From positions 2,542,001 to 2,606,000 of the forward strand of contig CP158636.1 of NCBI GenBank assembly GCA_050273025.1: a stretch of 64,000 nt of DNA, in the 5' to 3' direction. The notes beneath the pieces are model-generated. The model was given only the letters and a program-made list of their open reading frames with translations, had not been told where the DNA came from and did no database searches. Position 1 is the stretch's first letter. Each line of letters starts with the position of its first letter. Origin of the DNA: Cenococcum geophilum. Its lineage: Eukaryota. Below are positions 53,800-64,000 of the stretch, piece by piece. The position numbers and the translations under genes were made by a program.

Positions 53800-55300
53800 A
53801 TAAGATAAAGTATTAGCTAGCCCGTTTTCTGTAAAGAAAACCTACTCTATATAGAGCATAATATTATAGGCTATAGCTAGTTAAAGAATCTTATAAAGCG
53901 GGTAATTACCTAATCCTTTTACTACCGTATTCTAGAATCCTAAGAGTACTACCGTATTATCTATATAGATATAGACTAAGCTATACTCCTACTACGTTAC
54001 CTAGAGCTAGAATAAGGTTATAATTACTTAAACCTCCCACTTATTAATTAGGGCAAGGTGGTATTCTACATTAGGGTAGCAGCTTAAAGAATTGTTTTAG
54101 GGTAGAGATACCGAATAGGGCGGCTATATTATCCCTTAAGAATCCTTAAGGAAGAAGAAGGCCCTATAACTAAGAATCCTAGATACGTCTAAGAAGAGAT
54201 AGAATTATTTTTAATCCATATTATTAAAGAAGAGGATACTATTTAAAAGGGTAAGAGTATCCCTCTACCATAATAAGTCTTAGCGAAGTTCAGCTATTAG
54301 CCGTTAGCGAGGATAACTACCTACCTTTATAAAAGTAGAGATAAACTCCTAAATAGAGCGGTTATATAAATACCTAAGCCTAATTACCTAGGCACTCTAA
54401 GCAAGTCTATTAGCCAGTTTTTAACTCTAAACTAGCGTTAGGGATCTACCACTTAACGCTTTATTAATCTCCTTAATTATAGTAGCCTATTTTAAAGGAG
54501 AAAGACGTAGCTTAGACTTTAGAGTATCTATAATATAACCTAGAACTTTAGCCGTAGTGCCTTTAATATTCTTTAATTCGTTTTATAGGATACCTAGTTT
54601 ATTACTTAATTAGTTATATACACTAAGCAATTAAGGGAGGATAGAAGCGTTAGAGAGTATAAAAATAAAGTTATCTAAATAGTGCTCTAAGGCGGCGTTT
54701 ATGATATATTAGATAAGTATCTAGTAGAATCCCTCTATAAAAAGATTAAATAAAAAGGGTATAGTTTAAAGGCTAAATAAGAGGCAACGTTTAAAATACA
54801 CCACACCCTTCTAGAAGAACCCCATAAGGCGTTAAGCTTTAATAGAAAGTAGGATATTCTAAAAGGCGTCCTTAATATCCCTCTTAACAATTATATAACC
54901 ACAGCCTGTATATATAACATATTAGAGAACCTAATTAACTGTTAAATATTATAGTATAGTAAATGCTATAGGGATTAAGTTATTAATAGATTGGCTAAAT
55001 AGTAAGGATAAGTTATAAATATAACACCATCCCCTATCCGCTTTAGGTACTAAACCTAGCGGCAAGAATATAATAGGAGACGTTGCTATTATAATCCTAC
55101 CTATATCTAGATCGGCGCTAATCTTCTCTAAGATTAAGACCATATTTATAGCTATTAAGGCTTAGTTCTTCTAGGAAAGAAGCTTAATTTTTAGGTCTAC
55201 CCTAATCTAGTATCCGAACTTTAAGATACTAATAATATTATATTAGAGGTTACTGGGGTACAGGGATAGATAACGCCCCCACGCTTAAATAATTAAGGGG
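53800..55300 (-). pseudogene. RT/RNase H of the YR retrotransposon
   Basis: ORF 54949-55143 ISADLDIGRII...PLGLVPKADRGW; FWKG-like FFxKGVVYFKRCLLF; PFLFNLF; YLDNF. Confidence 0.82.
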
Positions 55301-56246
55301 GAGGGAGAGTCCTGTAGAGGAGAGAAGGGCAGGAAAACTAAAAATAATGGTATAGTATTCGGCCTACCTATACTATAAGGGTAGAGCACAGTTTCGGCGG
55401 AGTATAGGTATAGCTTAATAAAATCCTCTTCCTTTTCTTCCTTTTCCTTATTAACACTTTCCTCTAGTAATTGCTACTTATAATTCCTTACAGTATATAG
55501 GCCACCGCACTTACTATAGGTATATAGGAACTTATAATTCTTACCTAGGTTACACTTCCCTCTATTAAAGCTGTAATAGGTCCTTAAGATATTAGTGCTT
55601 ACTTACGCGCGTTTTAAGATAAATACGGATTTATAAGTACTAGGATTGTAATAGATATCCAGGAAGTTACTAGAGATCTTTTAGTTAGCTAGCTCTAACT
55701 AGTTCTTTTAAATAACTATAAAATGGTGCTCTAAGGCTATAGTTATTAAGGGAGCAATTTAGTAGGTAGTAGATAGCTAGATAACTTAATTATAGAAGGC
55801 AAGTATTTAGGGAATAAAATCTACTAAAAGATTCTTATATATAACGATTAAAATTATTATATAGTTAAGGAAGCCCTTTACCCACACTCGTCAGGAAAAC
55901 GGGAGAGTAGTAGGGGCTAGCTAGGAGCTAGCCCGGGGCTGGCCTGGGGTCATTTTAGCTGGATCTGCTGATCTGCTCATGTACACTTCTTTACGCTAGC
56001 CCAGGGCCACTTTAGCCACTTTAGCTACTTTAGCCACTTTATATCTAATAGTTATAATATTTATAATATTTCCTATAACTGCAATATTTATAATATTTCT
56101 TATAGCCATAATATTTATAAAATTAAAATTTTTAAAATTAAATTAATAGCAGTTAAAGGGGGGAGCCTTTCACAGAGGCTCTAAATCGTTAATTAGCTAG
56201 TCTAGATAATCCGCTACCCGTATACTGATTTCCTAACTAGGTCCAA

Positions 56247-56548
56247 TGCCTATTTACCTACCTGTCTACCTGCCTGCGTATCTGCGTACCTGTCTACCTG
56301 CCTACGTACCTACCTGCGTACCTGCCTGCGTACCTGCCTGCGTACCTGCCTGCGTACCTGCCTGCGTACCTGCCTGCGTACCTGCCTGCGTGCCTGCGTA
56401 CCTACCTACGTACCTACGTACCTACCTGCGTACTTACCTGCGTACCTACCTGCGTACCTGCCTACGTACCTGCCTGCGTACCTATATACCTGCCTGCGTA
56501 CCTGCGTACCTGCGTACCTGCGTACCTACCTACCTACCTGCCTGCCTG
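56247..56548. repeat. (CCTG/CGTA/CCTA)n compound microsatellite
   Basis: Direct reading; source of spurious ORF 56246-56560. Confidence 0.9.
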
Positions 56549-57288
56549 TGTCTGTTATAGGAGCTCTACGTCTTTTTAGGGAGACTACCGCTCAGGCTTC
56601 GAGCGATTGATTGAGGAGCAGGGGGGAACCTCACGTAGAGGCTCCAAATAGTCGATTGCGGTGTTCCCGATAATCTGCCGGTCGTGTACCGATTTCCTAA
56701 CTAGGCCTAGGGCCTGCCTGTGTCAGTGTCTAATTTAATTTAGGGGAGGAGTTGGTTCAAACAGTGGTTATCTAGGGTGCCTCCCTAGGAGGCCTTGATC
56801 CGATTTGATTCGGTAACAGGCTGTATTGAGGCTCTGGTTCGATTCGATCGATCGATCGATTGAATTGTTCGTGGTGTTCGCTGGCTGGTCGTTGTCGTCT
56901 GGTTCTGGCGACGGTCGTCTGGTTCTGGTCACAGTCTGCTAGCTATCGTTCTAGTGCCTCCCTAGGTAGGGAGGATGTAAGAAAGGGTAAAAAAATAAGG
57001 TGGCATTTAGGTGTATAAGGGGTATGCAAAGACACGTGTAGAGGCTATTGGGAATATAGCGGGGACCCGATGGTACTTAGGATAATTTAGATAATTAGGA
57101 AAATTAAAGTCCTACCAGAGCCTGCTTAAAGCCTGCTTAAAGCCTACTAGGAGGCCTTTAGGATTTTAATACCCTAATAGCAATAAATATAATAATAGTA
57201 ACAATATTTATTTTATAGCTATAAGCTAGCGTATAGCTCTAGGGGGTTAGCTAATATGGCTAAAAGCTAGCGTATAGCTCTGGGGGGT

Positions 57289-60200
57289 TGTCACGAAACT
57301 TGTATTAAGCTGTTTATTGATGAAAATAGGTTGATTAATTAATAATCTTGTCTTGAGGTTGATTTAATCTTAGACCTAGGGCCCTTGGGCTAAGATGAAG
57401 AGGTTTATAATGCACATGACTTATACATGTAACTTGTGCACGGTCTATGCCACCAGAGAATACAGATTATCTAATACACCCCCTTAGCTTCGAGCTCTTT
57501 AAGGTTAAAGCTAACCACCTTACTACTAAATTCTGCCAACTTCTGCCAACCAATTAGGATTTTCCATGCCCGGCATAGAAAATCGCTATTAGCTCGCTTA
57601 CGGCTAGCGCTTTAGCAACCCTTCTTGTGCTTATTAATGCGTTAATTAAACCGTAATCTTATCTAAATCCTTCCGTCTTGCTCTGATACTGTCCCTAAGG
57701 TCCTCTAGTTGCTTCTCCTTATTTAGCCGCTCCTTAATATCTACTATTCCAATATATTAACGAAGCTTTAAAACCTTTACTTGGGTAGGGCCTTTGTAAG
57801 TCCATTGGCGATTATCTCCTTTATTACTATTTATTAAAATTATACTCGTCTTATTACGTATTCCTAATGTAGCTAGTATTAATAGATGTTAACGTATTGG
57901 AGCTTCGTAATCAGCTTTACCGTATCTTTTATAATTAGTTAAAGCGTCTAGGTATTATTATATTTAATAATTAAGGGCTTGTTTAGCTATAATGTTATTA
58001 CTTTAAATAGCCTATTAATAAAGATAGCTTCCTTTACTGTCTGTAATAGGGCTAATAACTTAGCTTCTATGCTTAACGTTATAACCGTACCCTGCTTATT
58101 TGCTCTCTAGGCAATCGGCCCCCTAAATAGCTTTATAATATATCCTTGCGAGCTCTTTCTATTAACAGAGTTATCCGTAAATAATGCGTCGCTAGTACAG
58201 ATAAATAATTGCGCTTTACTTCTACCGTCTCCGTTATCTCGTCCTTGGTCGCGTATTCCTTTATCTCTTCTTCTGCTATTTATTTCTTCCTTATCTCCTC
58301 TATAGCAGATTGCTCTGCTTTTCATACTATATAGGTATTAGATAACTCTGTCTGCCGCTTAATAATGCTCTTAGCTTGGGTTCTAATTAAACCTTGCTAG
58401 CTATAATACTGCGAAGGTAATATCTAGACGCGTTATAGTGGCTGCATAGAGTACTAAACCCATTTTTCTCTAATATAGTATTATAGAGGCTAGTAGGGAT
58501 ATAGGACGGACTAATAGGTCTGTATTAGGGGACGGACGCGTTAGACGGATTAATTGGTAATTAGTAGGGAGGAGTTCTAATTCTGCTATAGGAGTATCTA
58601 AAAGACGCCCTTTAAGATCTATCTTGTACTAGTTAGCTATCTTCTTAATATAGGCTTCCTAGGATAGCTATAGGAGCCTCTGGCTACGATTATATAGCAT
58701 ATAGATTCCTAGGAACTATTTTAGCTCGCTAAGGGTACTTATCTAGTATTCCTTACTCAGCTCCTTGATCGCTTCTTAAGCGTTCTTCTCGTCTATCTTA
58801 CGGTAGTAAAAGACAATATTGTCGACGTAGAAGAAGACGACTATTTTACCTTTTAGTATAACACACGGCTTCTAGGGTACCTCTTTAAAACCCAATTCTA
58901 TTAGCGAGCTCGTGAGATTCTTCTGCTATAATAGTGGTGATCGTTATAGTCCGTAAAGGGCCTTTCTTAAGCGTAGTACTTTGTCTATCTTTCCTTTATT
59001 AAACCCTAGCGGTAGCTTTATATAGACAACCTCGTCAAGATCGTAATAGATAAACGCATTAACTATATTTATCTATATCGTCTCCAGGTTAAATTTTGCG
59101 GTAATTGCCATAAGGGTTCGGAAGGTCGTACTAGCTAATATAGTAGCTCTTATAGGTAAGTCTCCTAGGGCCTATTAATTTCCGCAAACTACTAGGTATG
59201 CCTTGCATTTCTGGAGAAACCTATACTTATCCGTCTTATAGACGAACACCTATATTAAGCTAAGGACCTACTATCCCTTTATATGCTTCTTATCTGTTTT
59301 TTAAAACGACCTTATTTAATAATAAGATTAGAGATAGGCTTATTAAGCTTCTTAGAACTAATCTTAAAGAGGATGCGTATTAAGGTTATAGATTAACTAA
59401 GGTAGCGGAGGTAAGTTCTTCCTATATAATCTAACATTATATATTCTGCCTAATTTTAGCTTACTATCATTAAGTCGACTATTAAGGTTAAACTTCCGTC
59501 CTGCTAAAAAGGCGCCGTAATAGGCTAAAGTAATCCTTTTAGTAATAAGGTCTTTAAACCTATTATTATAGGCTTCCTTAAATAAGTCTTTAACCGAGTT
59601 ATTAAACACCCCCTAAGTGTTAAACCCGTCTCCTTTTTATTAGATAATGTCCTAATCTAATATATCTAACCTTATAGGGTACTTAACGTAAAAGGCATAT
59701 GGAGATTCTTCATCTTCTTCCGTTAGAGGTAGTGTATAATATATATCTTCGAGAGCTCTTACAAGCTTAAGATCTGCTAACTTATTAAAGGTTTGCACTA
59801 ACTTATCAACGTTATTATCTTCCTCTTAAATTAACGGTTTAAATACTTTATTATTGTCTTCCAGAAGAACCTTATTCTTAGTTAGGGTATTAGGAAGTTA
59901 AATCTTCTTAATCAGCGTGTCTAATTCAGCGTGTAGGTCCTTTAAGATATCCGTTCGCTTACCATTAAAGAACGTCTTTTTGTTAAAAATGACGTCCCTA
60001 GTAGAGATAACGATACCTTTATATGGGATCTAGATCCTATAGATATTAGTAAAGTTATAGCTAACAAGGTAGCCGATATGGGCTTGCGGATCTAGCTTAC
60101 TTAGCCTTTTCTTCTTTAGCTAGGCATCCAACGTTATTACGTACGCCCTACAGCCGTAGGCTTTTAGGTGCGCCAGTTGCGGCTTTTTTAATCTCCTATT

Positions 60201-62970
60201 GGCTAGGAAGGTATAGAACCTCTTATATAGCGATTTCCAACCATTACTTTCCCATGGCGTTTAATCTTAAAGGTAGACTACGTAGTTAACTATCTCCTTC
60301 TATAGGTCGTGTAGTAGATTAGCAGCAATTCTTATTACACATGCTCTCTTAATAATTACACCCCCTAAGCGTTCGGCGGTACCGTTCTATGCTTAGGTAT
60401 ATAGCGCCAAAGGCTTAAATATAATCCCTTAGGTCTATAGCCATTTAAGGGTTCTCCTTTTCCCTAGCTCGTTGTCTAATCTAATAGTATTAACTTTAAG
60501 GTTATACCTTAGACGAATCCATTAAATAAAGTCTTTAAGTACTTGTAGTGTCTTCTTTTCCTCGCTATGCGTTATTATAAAATACGGGAAGGATCTTCCT
60601 AAGAAGGTATTATAGATAAGTATAACTCGTACGAAACTAGCGTGCGCTTCCTTAAGGTTAGTCTAGTTAATATAGAGGTTAAGATAGGGTTTATTAATTT
60701 TCTATTTTAAGAACCTTCGTAAGACCTAATGCTTAATTTTAGCGAGACTGCAGTATTAACATTCCGTTGTCTTTAGGCCTTAAAGCTTAACTCCTAGGGC
60801 GTTAAGACCTAAATAGTAAAGGCTTATAGGTCCTAGATAACCTAGACGCAGATACTATAGACGTGCATTACCTTTTAAATCTAGATAAACGTCTCTTAAT
60901 AATATCCGCTTCTGTTAATAACGCGTTAAACGGCTAATATTAAATATGGATTTCGAGCTTCCTAATTAGACGTATTTAATAGTTTATTATCTATAATGTT
61001 CTTCCATTTAATATAGGATTGTATTATCCTTTCGAATAAGAAGATTATTGTTTCCTTTATTATCCTAATAGTACCCTTATTTTTAAAGTAAACGGAATAA
61101 CACTAGATTTGTATTAAAGTCCGTATAAAAGGTAACGTCCTTAAGACGTAGGATTCCTTTACTCTTGTCTGGTTTTATAACTTTAATAGTAATATCGCCG
61201 TAGCCTAGTATAGGCACTTCTAAGCTACTAGTAATAACGTATTCGTGTCTTAAAGCTTTCTTAAAGTTATAGAAATAAGAGAGATTATTAAAGATATAGA
61301 GAGTGGTTCCTAAGTTAAGAATAATTAATAGCTTTAGTGGATGAAGTTAACTGATGTAATACGATTCTAGGAATATCATATTAGCTTCTCCTTTAATCTT
61401 CTTAACTGTCTCCTAACTCTCATCCTATTGTTATTAAGCTTTATTAATATTTAATTCCTTAAGCTTAAGTCATTCCACTTAGGCAGCTAGATCCTTGTTA
61501 TACTCTACCTTTTTATATACCTTTTTTATTCGCGTACCCTTAGTATTAAATCCTTTAGGCCTCTTGTACTTAAATAGATACCAATAGTTAGGAAGGGTAT
61601 GTCCCCTTATATCGCATGCTAGGTATTTTAGGTTCTTTAACTTCTTAAAAGACGTCTCTTTAGTTAAATTTATCCCTGCCCTTTTTCGACTGCAAGATAA
61701 GCTGTTCCCTCTTTCCTTTTAGACCTTAGCAGTAATAGAGATATCCTCTTCAGACTCTCCTGCGAAGTCTATATTGAATGCACTCCCTCTAGTAGTTAAG
61801 GATAGTATGACTTTTAAGAGGTTTGCGAATGCTTCCTGTAGCTCCATTGCTACTTTACGGTATTCTAATAAGTAAGCCTTTTTAGTATTATTTGCCTACT
61901 TAGTGTATATAACAAAATAGGTTTCGCTTATAGCTTGTATTGCATTTTCAAGGTCCATAAGCCAGATCCCATTAGTTATCTATAGAAGATTGTGCTTCTT
62001 AGCCATCTTTATTATATACTCCCATCGGTTAAGCCATTAGGTAATTTTTGCCTGCTTAAAACCCTTAAGCGAATCTATATATTATAGCTATACCTTCCTT
62101 ATTATAAAGTTCCTTAAGGGCTTAGTGTTTTCTTTTAACTAAGTCAGCTATTCCTTAACTATAAGGGAAGGGTCGAGCAGTAGCTTCTTCTGAATTAATA
62201 TTATGGACGTAATCTAGGTACGGATCTGTTAGAGATAATCTTCCTATCTTAGGAAATACTTTATATCCTAGTTGTAGTATCGTCTACTATTCTTATACGC
62301 TTTCTATTAATTCGTCGAGAGCTGTATATATAAGGTTGCATTCTTATTAAAATCTATAACTTTTAGATAAGGTAGTTCTTATAGTAGACCTTATTAAGGT
62401 GCTTCCTTAGTAGGGCTAACGTGGGCCTAAATTCATTTATCTATAAGGGCTTATAGTTGCCAGATCTATTGCTCCCAGTCTTCTAGCTTATTAAGGATAA
62501 TTATAGTAGACAAACTCAACGTTGGTGGAGTTATTTTGGCTAATAGGCATATAGGTATTAAGATGGAATTCGTTATTAGGATCGTCCTTAACGATAGGGT
62601 TAAGTCTTGTGGAATCTCGTGGAATCTCATATAAGGATCGTCCTTTGACGATTAAGGTAGGATTCTGTTAGAGTCTGCGTCCTTAATGATAAGGTGTTAA
62701 AGTCTAACGATAAGGTAGAATTTCTTTAAATGATTAAGTAATAGCTAAATAGCTTCTTAAGTCGGCGGACTAGGCTTATAACTGTCACGAAACTCGTATT
62801 AAGCTGTTTATTAATGAAAATGGGTTGATTGATTGATGATCTTGTCTTGAGGTTGATTTGATCTTAAACCTAGGGCCCTCGGGCCAAGATGAAGAGGTTT
62901 ACAATGCACGTGACTCGTGCACGTGACTCGTGCACGGTCTACGCTATTAGAGAATACAGATTATCTGACA
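57289..62970 (-). mobile_element. Ty1/copia element G (a second, canonical YVDD-type family), complete, 5682 bp
   Basis: 188-bp LTRs at 57289-57476 and 62783-62970; TSD GGGGT; PPT AAGGGGGTG; RT KCKAYLVVCGN and FFYVDNIVF; RH SDALFTDN..RKSSQGY; IN NGTAER*GG. Confidence 0.93.
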
Positions 62971-63205
62971 GGGGTTAGCTAATATGGCGGAAAGCTGGCC
63001 CCAGGCCCCAAAATCACTTTTAGCGAAACCAAATTTCGTGCGCCACCTCCCGTTTTCCTGACGTCACTTTAATAGACGGGTAGTCCTTTATTATCCCTTC
63101 TTTTGGTCTTATAAAAAGGACGCTGTTAATAATAAGGATATTGTTCTAAGGCTTAGACCAGAGCTGGTATATCCAGAGGCAAGAGAGGTTATTAGGCAAG
63201 AAAGT

Positions 63206-63473
63206 TGTTACAAACGCTTTAAGTACAATGCTATAACTACTTAGAAAGGAGTCGGAAGAAGCTAGTTAGTTAATATAAGCACGGTCTAGAATAGAACCCG
63301 TGGAACTATATGACGAGAAATAGTAAGCAGAGTTACGTGATATAATCTATATAATCTATATAATCTACAAGATCTATAATAGAGTAAACAGAGTAGATAG
63401 AGTAGATAGAGCAACGACTTTCTTAGGAGTATAGTTGTGTATTTAAGGACCCTTAGTCCCTACCTAGATAGTT
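63206..63473 (+). repeat. Gypsy LTR K (same family, distinct U3 variant), interrupted by element L
   Basis: TGTTACAAACGCTTTAAG...CCCTACCTAGATAGTT then abrupt break. Confidence 0.88.
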
Positions 63474-64000
63474 CATCGGCAAAATATGGTACCCTTTAAA
63501 TGGCCTCAATGGTTGGTGGTTGACGCAATTGGCGCGCAGTTGAGGGCATTTGGCAACTCGACCGACTAGCCTATATTGTGTTTTTTTGACACGCAGCCTA
63601 CGCGTAGCTTGCGCGTAACCTGCGCGTAACCTACGCGCAACCTGCTAGCAATCTACGTATTTGGTAACTATAATTATATTTACCTCTTTTATACTAATAA
63701 TATATTTTAAATAAATAAAAGCTATTTTAAAGCTATTTATAAGGCTAGCAAAATAAATATTATTATTTTAGATAATTTAATATAATATAGCGATGGTTCT
63801 CTTCTACCTATCTACCTATTGACTTACCTACCTGCCTGCATCGCCTACCTATTTACATCGCTTACCTATCTATATTTACCTATCTGCATTTACCTACCTA
63901 TCTATATCTACCTACCTATCTATATTTACCTACCTGTTAGTATCTACCTACCTATTTATATCTACTTACCTATCTATATCTACCTACCTGTTTATATCTA
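63474..64000. mobile_element. Left part of a third putative TIR element L with D/F-like architecture
   Basis: Starts CATCGGCAAAA exactly at the LTR break; then 11-bp GCGCGTAACCT repeats, an AT-rich tract and a (CTAC/CTAT)n tract from ~63804; right end outside the window. Confidence 0.6.

Larger units (their letters stand above)
55889..63063. mobile_element. Non-autonomous TIR element F (~1.49 kb net), related to D, split by copia G
   Basis: Perfect 17-bp TIR CGTCAGGAAAACGGGAG at 55889-55905 and 63047-63063; internal blocks homologous to D; host frame KDYPSIKV|WVKGFLNY is restored on removal. Confidence 0.85.
52996..63205 (-). mobile_element. Tyrosine-recombinase retrotransposon (DIRS/Ngaro-like), RIPed; pieces 52996-55888 and 63064-63205 (plus 1-126)
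   Basis: Minus-strand order gag-like Cys/His finger (YSFNRGKCNLGKNYKFLYTYSKCGGL ~55490-55580), RT (LPLGLVPKADRGW; DIKDAF; HYLDNFIFI), RH (ENGLANTL), YR (KRLLITKDIL; IAFTGFL; LRLKRSKTD); termini not seen. Confidence 0.85.

Noticed and set aside
56246..56560. 104-aa PACV-repeat ORF (also 14931-15137)
   Set aside because: Translation of 4-bp microsatellites

Overview
This 64 kb window has no intact host gene. It is an AT-rich, RIP-mutated block of nested transposons (TpA-rich, C>T/G>A-decayed ORFs), typical of filamentous ascomycete heterochromatin. Most junctions resolve by target-site duplications (TSDs). The oldest layer is a minus-strand tyrosine-recombinase retrotransposon (DIRS/Ngaro-like; pieces at 1-126, 52996-55888 and 63064-63205). 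Its recombinase gene is split by a Ty3/gypsy chromovirus (A, 127-52995, TSD TAAAC) inflated to 53 kb. A contains: a Tad1-like LINE (1577-24230), which holds gypsy B (2472-19558), which in turn holds copia C (3127-9367) and non-coding TIR element D (14471-17287); gypsy H (25271-33288); and copia I (37658-51664), which holds inverted gypsy J (39934-47884). The gag region of the YR element is split by TIR element F (55889-63063, holding copia G at 57289-62970) and by gypsy LTR K (from 63206), itself interrupted by a third TIR-like element L (63474 to window end). Most interesting: (1) all four gypsy copies carry an antisense, apparently intron-containing gene encoding a Zn(II)2Cys6-like cluster, a coiled coil and an acidic/aromatic tail; (2) a family of non-autonomous CRTCRG-terminated TIR elements built from a conserved core plus expandable 4/10/12/20-bp tandem arrays. 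LTR, TIR and TSD coordinates were read directly; protein-domain boundaries are approximate.
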